In this document: one piece after another, positions 28,008 through 36,698 of the stretch
Layout of the letters: the number at the start of each line of letters is the position of its first letter
Numbering within the stretch: position 1 is the stretch's first letter
From: an uncultured archaeon
GTDB lineage: Archaea > Asgardarchaeota > Hermodarchaeia > Hermodarchaeales > Hermodarchaeaceae
Assembly: GCA_964347045.1 (NCBI GenBank)
Contig: CAYFXC010000006.1
Span: forward strand, 100,425-142,664
DNA: 42,240 bases
Reading direction: 5' to 3'
Translations under genes and position numbers: made by a program
Notes under the pieces: generated by a model
Database searches by the model: none
What the model saw: the letters and a program-made list of their open reading frames with translations, nothing else
Told to the model about the DNA's origin: nothing

Positions 28008-28763
28008 ATGGAGCATTCAATAGAAGGTATAGCGGAGGGTTTCTCTGGAATGCTCTATATTTATGAAGCGCCCATCCATTTTGGAGTGGTAATTCTACTG
28101 TGCATCATTTTTCTGTTGTTCGCGTTGATCGGGATTATTGGAGCCCTAAGAGTTGAAAAGCCGTCAACATCGGGATTTGCTGGCTTCTTGACAGTCTTCT
28201 TTGGGTTCCTGACTTTTATGGTCATTGCTGCATCAATCTTCTTGCTTCCATCTTCAGCAACTGCAAGTGACCTGCTTCCCTATTATCTTGGTGCATACTC
28301 TTTTGTTGGGCTCCATGCATTTTGCCTAATATTCTATCTCTTCAATCTACCATGGTTTAAGAAGCGAATTTGGGCAGTATTTCTCCCCATTTTCGGAACA
28401 CTTTCATGGTTGACGGTCTTATGGTTTCTAGCGACACCTGCGACGGTAGGGACCATCTCAGATGGATTTGCCACCTACATCATCATGCCCTTTGCCGTAC
28501 TCTTGTATAGTGGCATTTTAGCAGTATTATATTTGTTGTTAGTTCCACTCTTGGTTCTCTATCGCGTAGCCCAGACACGAGAAGGTGCAGCAAAAATGTG
28601 GACCTGGATAGGAATGCTTGGACTTCTTCTGTGGTTCATCGCTATCTTGCTCATGGCTTTTGTTCAATTCACCGCACCGTTTATGCTCTATGCCTTCATC
28701 CTCGGAGCTCTAGCGTGGATAATCATATTCCTAGCTTGGCTCATGATTGAATTCAGATCCTAA
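28008..28763 (+). CDS. Hypothetical ~7-TM membrane protein with no soluble domain
   Basis: About seven hydrophobic helices with short loops; followed by a terminator. Confidence 0.8.
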   Translation: MEHSIEGIAEGFSGMLYIYEAPIHFGVVILLCIIFLLFALIGIIGALRVEKPSTSGFAGFLTVFFGFLTFMVIAASIFLLPSSATASDLLPYYLGAYSFVGLHAFCLIFYLFNLPWFKKRIWAVFLPIFGTLSWLTVLWFLATPATVGTISDGFATYIIMPFAVLLYSGILAVLYLLLVPLLVLYRVAQTREGAAKMWTWIGMLGLLLWFIAILLMAFVQFTAPFMLYAFILGALAWIIIFLAWLMIEFRS

Positions 28764-28787
28764 CAATTGATTCTTCGATATTACTTC

Positions 28788-28832
28788 AACCCGTCTGCTA
28801 ATCTACCAGCAAACGGGTTTCTCTTCTTTTTT
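28788..28832 (+). terminator. Hairpin + pyrimidine/U tract
   Basis: AACCCGT-c-TGCT...AGCA-a-ACGGGTT followed by TCTCTTCTTTTTT. Confidence 0.7.
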
Positions 28833-28844
28833 CGATTTAGGAAA

Positions 28845-29100
28845 TAATGTGGAGGTGCCCGACAAATGGACGCGGGCACGTCCCTGTGTAGTCATCCCCC
28901 TACACCCCCGCTCGAAGCAGGTAACCCAGACGAGAGATGCTAGTCGGTTCCGGTTGCCTTAAGAAAAATCTTCTGAGGTTCGGACAACGGGAGGAAGGGA
29001 TTTGGGAGGGACAGGACGCGGGAGGGCTCCCCGGGGGGACAAGTTTTTCAAGGCACCGGATTATCCGATTCGCGTCTTGAGAGCTTCCTGGAGTCTGTGT
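28845..29100 (-). ncRNA. Candidate UCC-rich structured ncRNA 'B' (strand less certain)
   Basis: GC-rich intergenic island; hairpins 28855-28879 and 28886-28905, stem 29012-29020/29071-29079; 9 TCC triplets in 28982-29039 (minus strand); upstream region resembles the promoter of unit A. Confidence 0.5.
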
Positions 29101-29130
29101 TACCAAATAATACTGGGTGAGTTTGAAAAC

Positions 29131-29157
29131 GCGTAGTTCCCAACAGGGGAACTACGC
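29131..29157. promoter_or_regulatory. Perfect 11-bp inverted repeat (operator or hairpin)
   Basis: GCGTAGTTCCC-AACAG-GGGAACTACGC, adjoining a TATA-like element at 29121-29130. Confidence 0.6.
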
Positions 29158-29353
29158 AAATGCGCAGTTTCGGAGCGATTATCGTTCTAAACCAGATACA
29201 ATTTGTGGGTTAATTCACGCGATTGCGGGGTTTAGAGTGGTCTTAAAAATCTTGCACTAATTTGAGTTGTGTAATTGGGAGAGTTGTGTTTTTCAAAGAA
29301 AGGACAAAGCATATCAGCATCTGAATCGGGTGAATAATTAGTATTGTACGACA

Positions 29354-30472
29354 GTGGGTGGATATGTGACATTTAAACCGTCGGTACTTGAAGACCGTGG
29401 AGCATGGTTGCTTATCAAACGGTTACTTGATGGTACCATCGATGACCTACATCCTGTGCTGGATTCCACTACACCCTATGGCTTTCGGTATCCGGAGGCA
29501 GAAAAGGTTCTGGAAGCGGACCCGAAGAATACCGTAGATCGTTTGGAAGGATTACACCGTGCGGGTATTCTTGATGGTAAATTATCAGAGTCGATATTCA
29601 CCTGTGCAGAATGTGAATCTCCAGACCTGCATCCCCAATATCAGTGTTTAAATTGTGCAAGTAATCGATTAGTTCGTCATCCCATGATTGAACACTTTTC
29701 ATGTGGCTTCATTGCTCCACGAAGTGAATATGAAAATAAGAAGGGGTTACGATGTCCTTCATGTGGGAAACCCCTTGAAGGAGAAAAACAGGATTACAAG
29801 TCAGAATTAGCCTTCCAATGTTTAAACTGTAACAATGTAGGGGCAACACCTCGATTGGTGTTTCGATGTTTTCAATGTCAAAAATCTGGCGAAGCATCAA
29901 CAATGGAAGAACGCCCAATCTATGTATATCGATTGAATATGAAGCATCGGGGTGAAATCATTCATTATCTAGGATTTCATCCCACGCCAGAGGCTCAAAA
30001 GCCCTCGCGAAAAAAGCACCGAATCGATTTAGATGACATGGACCGGCGAATCCTTAATCTCTTACAACGTGATGCCCGATTATCTTTTCGGAATGTTGCC
30101 AGACGATTAAAGGTGAGCGATGCTACAATCCGTAGTCGAGTAGCCCGACTGGAACAAAATAATGTCATAAAAGCATTCACTGCCCTAATAAACCCAGAAC
30201 AGGTTGGTATGGAAGTGGTTAGTCTTATCCAACTTGAAGTAAATACCCAAGTTATGACAAAAGTCAAAACAGACCTGCAGATAATTGATGAGGTGAAACT
30301 AGTTATGGAAACAGGAGACCGCCCCAATATTATTCTGTTGACAGCATTTCCAACACGAGAAGCATTGAATGCATTTTTAGATAACCATATCCGAGGGAAA
30401 CCAGGAATCCAATTACTCTCAGTGACCTTGGCTTTAGGTCTACCGAAATACAATTGGATGATTCAATTATAA
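29354..30472 (+). CDS. TackOD1-like multi-zinc-ribbon domain fused to an Lrp/AsnC regulator
   Basis: N-terminal 'LEGL..AGIL', CxxC x5 plus 'IEHFSCG' and 'QDY', the pattern of the TackOD1 output domain; C-terminal 'LDDMDRRILNLLQRDARLSF..VARRL.VS..TIRSRV.RLE' HTH + RAM domain. Confidence 0.85.
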   Translation: MGGYVTFKPSVLEDRGAWLLIKRLLDGTIDDLHPVLDSTTPYGFRYPEAEKVLEADPKNTVDRLEGLHRAGILDGKLSESIFTCAECESPDLHPQYQCLNCASNRLVRHPMIEHFSCGFIAPRSEYENKKGLRCPSCGKPLEGEKQDYKSELAFQCLNCNNVGATPRLVFRCFQCQKSGEASTMEERPIYVYRLNMKHRGEIIHYLGFHPTPEAQKPSRKKHRIDLDDMDRRILNLLQRDARLSFRNVARRLKVSDATIRSRVARLEQNNVIKAFTALINPEQVGMEVVSLIQLEVNTQVMTKVKTDLQIIDEVKLVMETGDRPNIILLTAFPTREALNAFLDNHIRGKPGIQLLSVTLALGLPKYNWMIQL

Positions 30473-30582
30473 AATTGGGAACCCCTTATGGAAGTTTGGG
30501 TATTCGAGTGAATGGCGATAACCTTTTTGAACAGAGATGAGCCCTTATTTTATCAAAGGAACAACCTTCCAAGGCGACCTAT

Positions 30583-31368
30583 ATGTCAGACCTCCATAAA
30601 CTACTGGAAGAAGGCGAAATTCAAAAAGCCTTAGCACTAGTCAACGAAGACGAGGATGCTTGGGAAGACCTTATGGGTTTGCTTGAAGATTCTGACGAAT
30701 CCATTCAACGATCGGCTTTTGAGATTGTCTCCCAATCCGGTAATCACCCATTGCTTCTTGAAGCATTACCCATGTTAATCAGTGGATTGAATTGCGATGA
30801 GGATGACATCTGTCGATATGCCGCTGAAGCCCTCTACTATTTAGGTTCAGACGCTGCTGAAGCATCAGAATCTCTCTCTACTCTATTAGGACACGATGAC
30901 GATGATGTACGTCGAGCCACGGCACGCGTTTTCACACAAATGGGAACAGCCGCAATTGTCGTAAAAGAGCCTTTAATTGAAGCCCTTAGAGATAGTGATG
31001 AAGTTGTTCGTGGCGAAGCTGCTCTCGCCATCGGGAATCTAGGCGTAGACGCTGCAGAGGCGGTTCCGGCACTTATCGAACTGTTGTCTGATGAAGAAGA
31101 ATTTACACACAAAGGCAAAGCAATGGAAGTTCGATTGGCTGCACAAACCGCTTTAGAACAAATCGGCCCAGAATCCGTGCCGGGATTGCTTGAAGCTATG
31201 CGAGCAGATCGAGCTGAACAACGAGTAATTGCTCTCACAGCATTAGGATCTATTGGGACATTACCCGAGGAAGCCGTCAAAGACATCGAAGATGCCCAAC
31301 TGGATCCTGATGAATCAGTCCAAAATGCTGCAAAAAATGCGTTGAAACGCATTAAAGCTGAGAAATAA
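30583..31368 (+). CDS. HEAT-repeat (PBS lyase-like) protein
   Basis: Repeated 'L.D.D..VR..AA.ALG.LG..A..AVP.L' units; acidic. Confidence 0.88.
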   Translation: MSDLHKLLEEGEIQKALALVNEDEDAWEDLMGLLEDSDESIQRSAFEIVSQSGNHPLLLEALPMLISGLNCDEDDICRYAAEALYYLGSDAAEASESLSTLLGHDDDDVRRATARVFTQMGTAAIVVKEPLIEALRDSDEVVRGEAALAIGNLGVDAAEAVPALIELLSDEEEFTHKGKAMEVRLAAQTALEQIGPESVPGLLEAMRADRAEQRVIALTALGSIGTLPEEAVKDIEDAQLDPDESVQNAAKNALKRIKAEK

Positions 31369-31374
31369 TTTGGG

Positions 31375-31857
31375 TTAGTTCACTGTCTTATTTTCTCTTT
31401 TCGACTTAATAGCTTCAGGATATGTTCTTCGGTCAATGAAGAAGAACACGCCAAGGAACAGGAGGACTGCGACCATCACAGGAATTTTCACAAGAAAATT
31501 AACTGGGGAAAAAAGATACCAGGATAATGCAAATCCGGCGGGTATCGCTGTCCAAAATCGAATGGCATTACGGCTTTCTCGTAAAGCCAAGCGTTGGGTC
31601 GTCCAATCTAATATTGCTGAAACAGCCATTAATATAGCAACAAGTGTTGTGCCTAAATCCCCTAGGCTATAAAAAAAGGGAAAAAAGATGAGCATTACAA
31701 AGGAAACTGGAAAGCCGATGAAGATTCCCAAATAGAGACCTGAACACCTTGCACACACATAATAGATTTGGTCATCAAGTTTAACTTTGAAAGCATGAAT
31801 TTTCTTATGATAAAAGAAGCGGAGTATTCCACCAAGAATCCGTTTCCCTAGACTCAT
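31375..31857 (-). CDS. DUF2085-like membrane protein
   Basis: 'VCARCSGLYLG', 'LDWTTQ....RES.N.IR..T'. Confidence 0.75.
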   Translation of the reverse strand: MSLGKRILGGILRFFYHKKIHAFKVKLDDQIYYVCARCSGLYLGIFIGFPVSFVMLIFFPFFYSLGDLGTTLVAILMAVSAILDWTTQRLALRESRNAIRFWTAIPAGFALSWYLFSPVNFLVKIPVMVAVLLFLGVFFFIDRRTYPEAIKSKRENKTVN

Positions 31858-31892
31858 ATCGGCATTACATAATTTGGATTATTTATGCTCTT

Positions 31893-32648
31893 TCATTGTG
31901 AGTAAATAGGCGGAAAATTGCGTTTATGGTTATTTGCTGCGATACGTTGCTGGAAGTGTTCAATTTGCTCCTTGGTTAAACCTTTGGGAATTTTACCAGA
32001 GACTAAATCGTCAAGTTGATCATAACTTGCACCCAGTTCTCCTTCATCTGTTTGTCCTGGCCACAACCCGGGACTCGGCGTTTTTACACATATGTGTTCA
32101 GGAATCCCTAGGTGTCTACCGAAATTCTGGACTTCTCGTTTGAGGAGCGCGCCCAAGGGGAGCAAATCGACGCCTCCATCACCATATTTTGTAAAGAATC
32201 CTAGCATCAACTCAGTGCGATTTCCAGTGCCGACAACGAGTAGGTTGTGCTGGTTTGCTACATAATAGAGAGCAACCATTCGCAGTCGAGCTTTGATATT
32301 AGCTAATGGAATTGTTACAGGCGTTTCTGGTACGAGTCCAATTGTAAGGAGCAGAGATTCATAAGCAGGCGTTAGGTCATATGTGCGATATTTGATGTCG
32401 AATTGCTTCGCCACTGTTTGAGCATCTTGAGCCGCGTCTTCAGAAATGTGTCCACACGGTAGGATGAGCCCTAATGTCGCATCGGTGACGCGTCGACATA
32501 AAACGGCTGTGACACTCGAATCAACACCACCTGAGATACCAATAACGAATCCAGTGCACCCACTTTGATCTAAATAATCACCTAACCATTTTATTGTAGT
32601 GTTTTCGATTTTTCGAAAATTCAGAGAGGAATTCATATTTAGGGTCAT
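31893..32648 (-). CDS. nadE: NH3-dependent NAD+ synthetase
   Basis: 'GISGGVDSS', 'NIKARLRM', 'GTGNRTE...GFFTKYGDGG', 'PSPGLWPGQTDE'; no glutaminase domain. Confidence 0.95.
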   Translation of the reverse strand: MTLNMNSSLNFRKIENTTIKWLGDYLDQSGCTGFVIGISGGVDSSVTAVLCRRVTDATLGLILPCGHISEDAAQDAQTVAKQFDIKYRTYDLTPAYESLLLTIGLVPETPVTIPLANIKARLRMVALYYVANQHNLLVVGTGNRTELMLGFFTKYGDGGVDLLPLGALLKREVQNFGRHLGIPEHICVKTPSPGLWPGQTDEGELGASYDQLDDLVSGKIPKGLTKEQIEHFQQRIAANNHKRNFPPIYSQ

Positions 32649-33553
32649 CCTCCAGTTGATTTATGCCTACAAATAGGCGTTACCTCAATGCTTAAATCTA
32701 GAGCAAGAACCGAATGAGTAAGCCAACCAACTGAAATTACGTCGATACCGGTTTCAGCATATTTTTGGATATTCTTGGGGGTAATATTTCCGGAGACTTC
32801 CAAGAGGATGGATGGGTGGGATTGACGAAGTTTTTGAACAACTTTCTGAACTTCGTTGGGTGGCATGTTATCAAGCAAAATAATTTCTGGGTTTGCCTTT
32901 GCAACTGCAAAAGCTTGGGAAGCATCTGTAACTTCAATTTCAATTGGGGAAGTAAAACTTATTTTTCGTCTTGCTTGCTCAACTGCTTTAGTTGGGTTAG
33001 AATAGAAGGCGAGGTGATTATCTTTAATGAGAATAGCGTCGTCCAACCGCCAACGGTGAGGGTCACCACCTCCCATGATAACCGCGAGTTTATCGAAGAG
33101 ACGTAGAAGGGGGGCAGTCTTTCGGGTGGCGGCAATTCGGATTTTAGGATTTATTTCTTGGACAAGTTCCACTAAGTTTGCTGTTGCAGTTGCTATGCCA
33201 CTCATTCGTTGAAGGAGGTTCAAGAGTGTTCGTTCGATGGTCAATAGGTTTGCAGCTCGACCTTGTGCTTCAAGTAGAGTTGTATTTGCTTTGACTTTTT
33301 CACCATCATTGTGCTTTTGAGTAACCGTACACTCAAAGTCTAGGAGGATGGTGGATGCAATGCTGATTCCTGCAACCACACCCGGTCTACGGGTAAACAA
33401 GCGAGCCTGTGCTGAGTGGTCAGGAGAAATGAGCGCTTTCGTGGTGATATCTCCAAAACCGATATCTTCATCGAGCATCGCATAGAATTTATTAAGTATA
33501 AGCTGTGAGGGGACCGCAGTTGGATAGCTGGTTGAATTTGGATTCATGAGCAC
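32645..33553 (-). CDS. nadC: Nicotinate-nucleotide pyrophosphorylase (quinolinate phosphoribosyltransferase)
   Basis: 'EDIGFGDITT', 'ERTLLNLLQRMSGIAT', 'TRKT.P', 'LIKDNH', 'ILLDNM', 'EVSGNI'. Confidence 0.95.
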   Translation of the reverse strand: MLMNPNSTSYPTAVPSQLILNKFYAMLDEDIGFGDITTKALISPDHSAQARLFTRRPGVVAGISIASTILLDFECTVTQKHNDGEKVKANTTLLEAQGRAANLLTIERTLLNLLQRMSGIATATANLVELVQEINPKIRIAATRKTAPLLRLFDKLAVIMGGGDPHRWRLDDAILIKDNHLAFYSNPTKAVEQARRKISFTSPIEIEVTDASQAFAVAKANPEIILLDNMPPNEVQKVVQKLRQSHPSILLEVSGNITPKNIQKYAETGIDVISVGWLTHSVLALDLSIEVTPICRHKSTGG

Positions 33554-33609
33554 TCACTCTGATTATGCTAGTAAGATGACGGCTTCTAAAAGCCTTCTCT
33601 CTAATTGTA

Positions 33610-34545
33610 TTATTGGGTTTTTGGGCTTGAGAGCTCGAGCATGCGTTGAATAGCCTTTCTCGCCTTATCTGCAATAATTTTGGGAACTGTAACATGATAT
33701 TGATTATTAACAAGGCTTGCTTTGACCTTTTGGAGTGTGATTTTTTTCATGGCTTTACAGATCGCATAGTCTAAGGCTGGAATGAATGTCTTTCCTGGAA
33801 GTTCTTTACGCATACGTGTGACTAAATCAACTTCTGTACATATGATGAAAGTTGAGGTAGAACTCTCTCTGGCATATTGGAGCATTTGTCCTGTGGAACC
33901 AATGAAATCAGCCTGTTCTTGGATATTCCTTCCGCATTCAGGGTGAACAAGAAGTTTTGCATGAGGATGTTCCTGTTTCAAGAAGAGGGCTTTTGGATCG
34001 AAGCTGAATGTGACATGGACATGACAAAAGCCATGATCAGGGATTGGGATGATTTCATATCCACATACGTGGTTTGCATATTCAGCCAGGTTTCCATCAG
34101 GACCAAATAATATAGGATTTGTATCAAGGGCTTTGAGAATAGTGCAAAGATTCGAAGATGTGCAAACAGCGTCAGCTTCGGCCTTAGCTTCTGCAGTTGT
34201 ATTAACATATAAGACTACAGGAACGCCAGGATGTTTCTGTTTTGCTTCACGAATAACTTTCGCTGGTAATTGTGCGGCCATTGGGCATCGAGCAGCGGGA
34301 TCAGGAATCAGAACCCGTTTGTCGGGGTTGAGAATTGCAGCGGTTTCAGCCATGAACCGGACACCACAAAAGAGAATGGTATTAGCTTCTACATTTTGGG
34401 CTTTTTGACACAATCCAAAACTATCCCCAATATAGTTCGCTATATCTTGAATTTCTTGAGGTTGATAGTTATGTGCAAGAATAACGGTGTTTTGCTTTTT
34501 AGCTAAGTTTCGAATTTCTCTTTGAAGGATTTTTATCGAGTCCAT
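33610..34545 (-). CDS. nadA: Quinolinate synthase
   Basis: 'LAHNYQ', 'GDS', 'FCGVRFMAETA', 'CPMA', 'YVNT', 'CTSSN', 'CHVH', 'HPEC', 'C.AMK'. Confidence 0.96.
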   Translation of the reverse strand: MDSIKILQREIRNLAKKQNTVILAHNYQPQEIQDIANYIGDSFGLCQKAQNVEANTILFCGVRFMAETAAILNPDKRVLIPDPAARCPMAAQLPAKVIREAKQKHPGVPVVLYVNTTAEAKAEADAVCTSSNLCTILKALDTNPILFGPDGNLAEYANHVCGYEIIPIPDHGFCHVHVTFSFDPKALFLKQEHPHAKLLVHPECGRNIQEQADFIGSTGQMLQYARESSTSTFIICTEVDLVTRMRKELPGKTFIPALDYAICKAMKKITLQKVKASLVNNQYHVTVPKIIADKARKAIQRMLELSSPKTQ

Positions 34546-34699
34546 TGAGTGTACGCCACGCTTTCCTTGACCGTAATAGTGAAGCTAGAAATCCCGTTAC
34601 ATACCATCCTATAAGCCTTTGTCTCGAAATACGGACGGAAGCTTTTTGTAGCAACACTTCTGAGATGGTACATAATATGCATCTGGGGGTATCAATACT

Positions 34700-35272
34700 A
34701 TGACAAAAGATTCACCAGCTGATTCAAAAAGAGGATGGAATCTCGACCGTCTTTTTTCTGGAGCCACAACTGGCACATTCATTATCCAACTCCTATCGAC
34801 ACTTTTTCTCATCGGAGCTCTTGTTGGCTACTTGTTAGTCTTGACTGGTATCTGGGATCTGATTAGAAATTATCAGGATATCGTGGTGTTTCTAATCCTG
34901 ATCGGTGGAGCCATAGCGTTTGCAGTGTTTATGTTTTTTTTCGGATTCTTCATCCGATTTCATGGACGTGTGAAACGATTCGTTCTTGGTGATGGCATTG
35001 GACGAGTTGCCGCAGGAAGCCGAGATGGACAAATCATTCTCATGCTCTTTGCTTTCTCGGTGGTTTTCTTTGCACTTGCGGGGATCTATGCAATCTACCT
35101 GATGTGGAAATACATCCTTCCTTTGTTGTATTCAATCACAAATTCAATTTACCCAAATATCATCATTCTCTGTTTGACAGTCCTAGTCGTTACCGGTTTG
35201 ATACAACTCGCTTCCCGAATGGTTAGCCTTTATGCACAAAACACCATTGAGCGAATAACGGAAGTCGAGTAG
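34700..35272 (+). CDS. Hypothetical 4-TM membrane protein
   Basis: Four hydrophobic helices in two pairs; promoter-like GGAAGCTTTTTGTA upstream. Confidence 0.75.
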   Translation: MTKDSPADSKRGWNLDRLFSGATTGTFIIQLLSTLFLIGALVGYLLVLTGIWDLIRNYQDIVVFLILIGGAIAFAVFMFFFGFFIRFHGRVKRFVLGDGIGRVAAGSRDGQIILMLFAFSVVFFALAGIYAIYLMWKYILPLLYSITNSIYPNIIILCLTVLVVTGLIQLASRMVSLYAQNTIERITEVE

Positions 35273-35350
35273 AGTAGCAACAGGAGTCAAAGAAGTTTTA
35301 AGGCGTCTCCCAATAGAGAGTACAGACCACCTGGTAGCGGAAGGATCAAT

Positions 35351-35950
35351 ATGGTATTGAGAATATTCTTCAAAGCTTGGCGTATTAGTATGCGTACCAG
35401 ACGACGGTTTATTGTATTTCTCGTTGCCTATGCGATTTTATTAACCTGGATCGCATTTATCATCCGGCAATACTACCTCACATTATTCATTCCGCCGATA
35501 AATCCTGGCATTTTAGGCTATTATACAGTGATTATTGGTTGGACTTTGGTAGCAGGCACAATTATGGGTATCATTTTTTCCTGGTTGCTTGCCCATGGAA
35601 GGAAAGATGATATTGCCACCTTGAAATGCGTTGGATGGTCGAATCATGATATCCGCCAACTCGTTTTAGGCGAAGTCGTCTACATAACAATAGCTGCTGT
35701 AGTGGCTATAGGCATCCTGGGAATTCTTGCCACAGGTATTTACGCGTCTGTTGCAATCATGTTAAGCTTCGATCCACTAGGAAACCCAGTGATATTCATT
35801 CCCGATGCTCTTCGCCTCATCTTAATTAACCCATTTTTCATGTTGATTGCCTTTGGTGCAATCATGTTGGTTCAACTTCCTGGAATTCTCATTCTTCTTT
35901 GGCGAACACTGCGTATCAGCCCAATGCGGGCACTGACTCGACCCGAATAA
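35351..35950 (+). CDS. Minimal FtsX/MacB-type ABC permease
   Basis: 'R..DIATLKCVGWS..DI..LVL.E' and terminal 'ISPMRAL' are FtsX C-terminal motifs; no large extracytoplasmic loop. Confidence 0.8.
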   Translation: MVLRIFFKAWRISMRTRRRFIVFLVAYAILLTWIAFIIRQYYLTLFIPPINPGILGYYTVIIGWTLVAGTIMGIIFSWLLAHGRKDDIATLKCVGWSNHDIRQLVLGEVVYITIAAVVAIGILGILATGIYASVAIMLSFDPLGNPVIFIPDALRLILINPFFMLIAFGAIMLVQLPGILILLWRTLRISPMRALTRPE

Positions 35951-35966
35951 AGGAGTAAGAAAAATC

Positions 35967-36653
35967 ATGCCTGACGATATTATAGTTGCACAAAAAGTTC
36001 AGAAAGAATATCGACGCGGTCGTGAAATTATCCACGCGCTTCGAGATATTAACCTGACCATACAGTCTGGCGAATTCATCGTCATCGAAGGAAAGAGTGG
36101 TTGTGGTAAAACCACTCTCCTGAACGTTTTATCGGGACTTGATCGACCGACGGACGGACGGATTATCTTTGATCAAATGGACATTACTGTTATTGATGAA
36201 CGCGTTCTTCCTAAAATCCGACAAGAAAAGATTGGATTCATCTTCCAGCTTTTCAATCTCATCTCGACTATGAACGTGTATGAGAATGTAGCTGCACCGT
36301 TATGGCCCACGGATCTACCTGGGAAAGAAATAGAAGACAAAGCCATGGAGCTCATCCGTGCAGTCGATATGGTGGAACGCAAAGACCACATTCCCCGCCA
36401 GCTCTCCGGTGGTGAACAGCAACGCACTGCAATCGCTAGAGCGCTCGTTAACAGACCCAAAGTAGTCTTTGCTGACGAACCGACTGGCGATCTTGATACA
36501 AAAACAGGTGCCTCCATTATGCAACTTCTCCGCAAACTTAATCAACAAGAAAAAATCACATTTGTTGTAGTTACACATGACCAAGAACTCATCAAATATG
36601 CGGATCGTCACTTCACCATGTCTGATGGTCGAATTGGTGGTGGACGCGGCTAA
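35967..36653 (+). CDS. ABC ATP-binding protein, LolD/MacB family
   Basis: GKSGCGKTT, '[10 protein letters not shown]', LSGGEQQR, 'ADEPTGDLD', VTHD. Confidence 0.94.
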   Translation: MPDDIIVAQKVQKEYRRGREIIHALRDINLTIQSGEFIVIEGKSGCGKTTLLNVLSGLDRPTDGRIIFDQMDITVIDERVLPKIRQEKIGFIFQLFNLISTMNVYENVAAPLWPTDLPGKEIEDKAMELIRAVDMVERKDHIPRQLSGGEQQRTAIARALVNRPKVVFADEPTGDLDTKTGASIMQLLRKLNQQEKITFVVVTHDQELIKYADRHFTMSDGRIGGGRG

Positions 36654-36654
36654 A

Positions 36655-36687
36655 AAAGAGAATCGGAGGGACGGTCTCCCATCCCTC
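36655..36687 (-). terminator. Hairpin + U tract between convergent genes
   Basis: GAGGGATGG-gaga-CCGTCCCTC (minus strand) followed by CGATTCTCTTTT. Confidence 0.6.
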
Positions 36688-36698
36688 AACAGTCTAGA

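Noticed and set aside
28845-29100. RNase P RNA, SRP RNA or tRNA
   Set aside because: No GAGGAAAGUCC/ACAGAA P4 pair, no SRP helix-8 motif and no cloverleaf or T-loop found on either strand.
27338-29106. ORFs 27338-27520 and 28900-29106 (minus strand) as proteins
   Set aside because: Pro/Ser/Leu-rich translations of the pyrimidine tracts; the first runs through the terminator; no SD. Not fully excluded for the 68-aa ORF, which could be leaderless.
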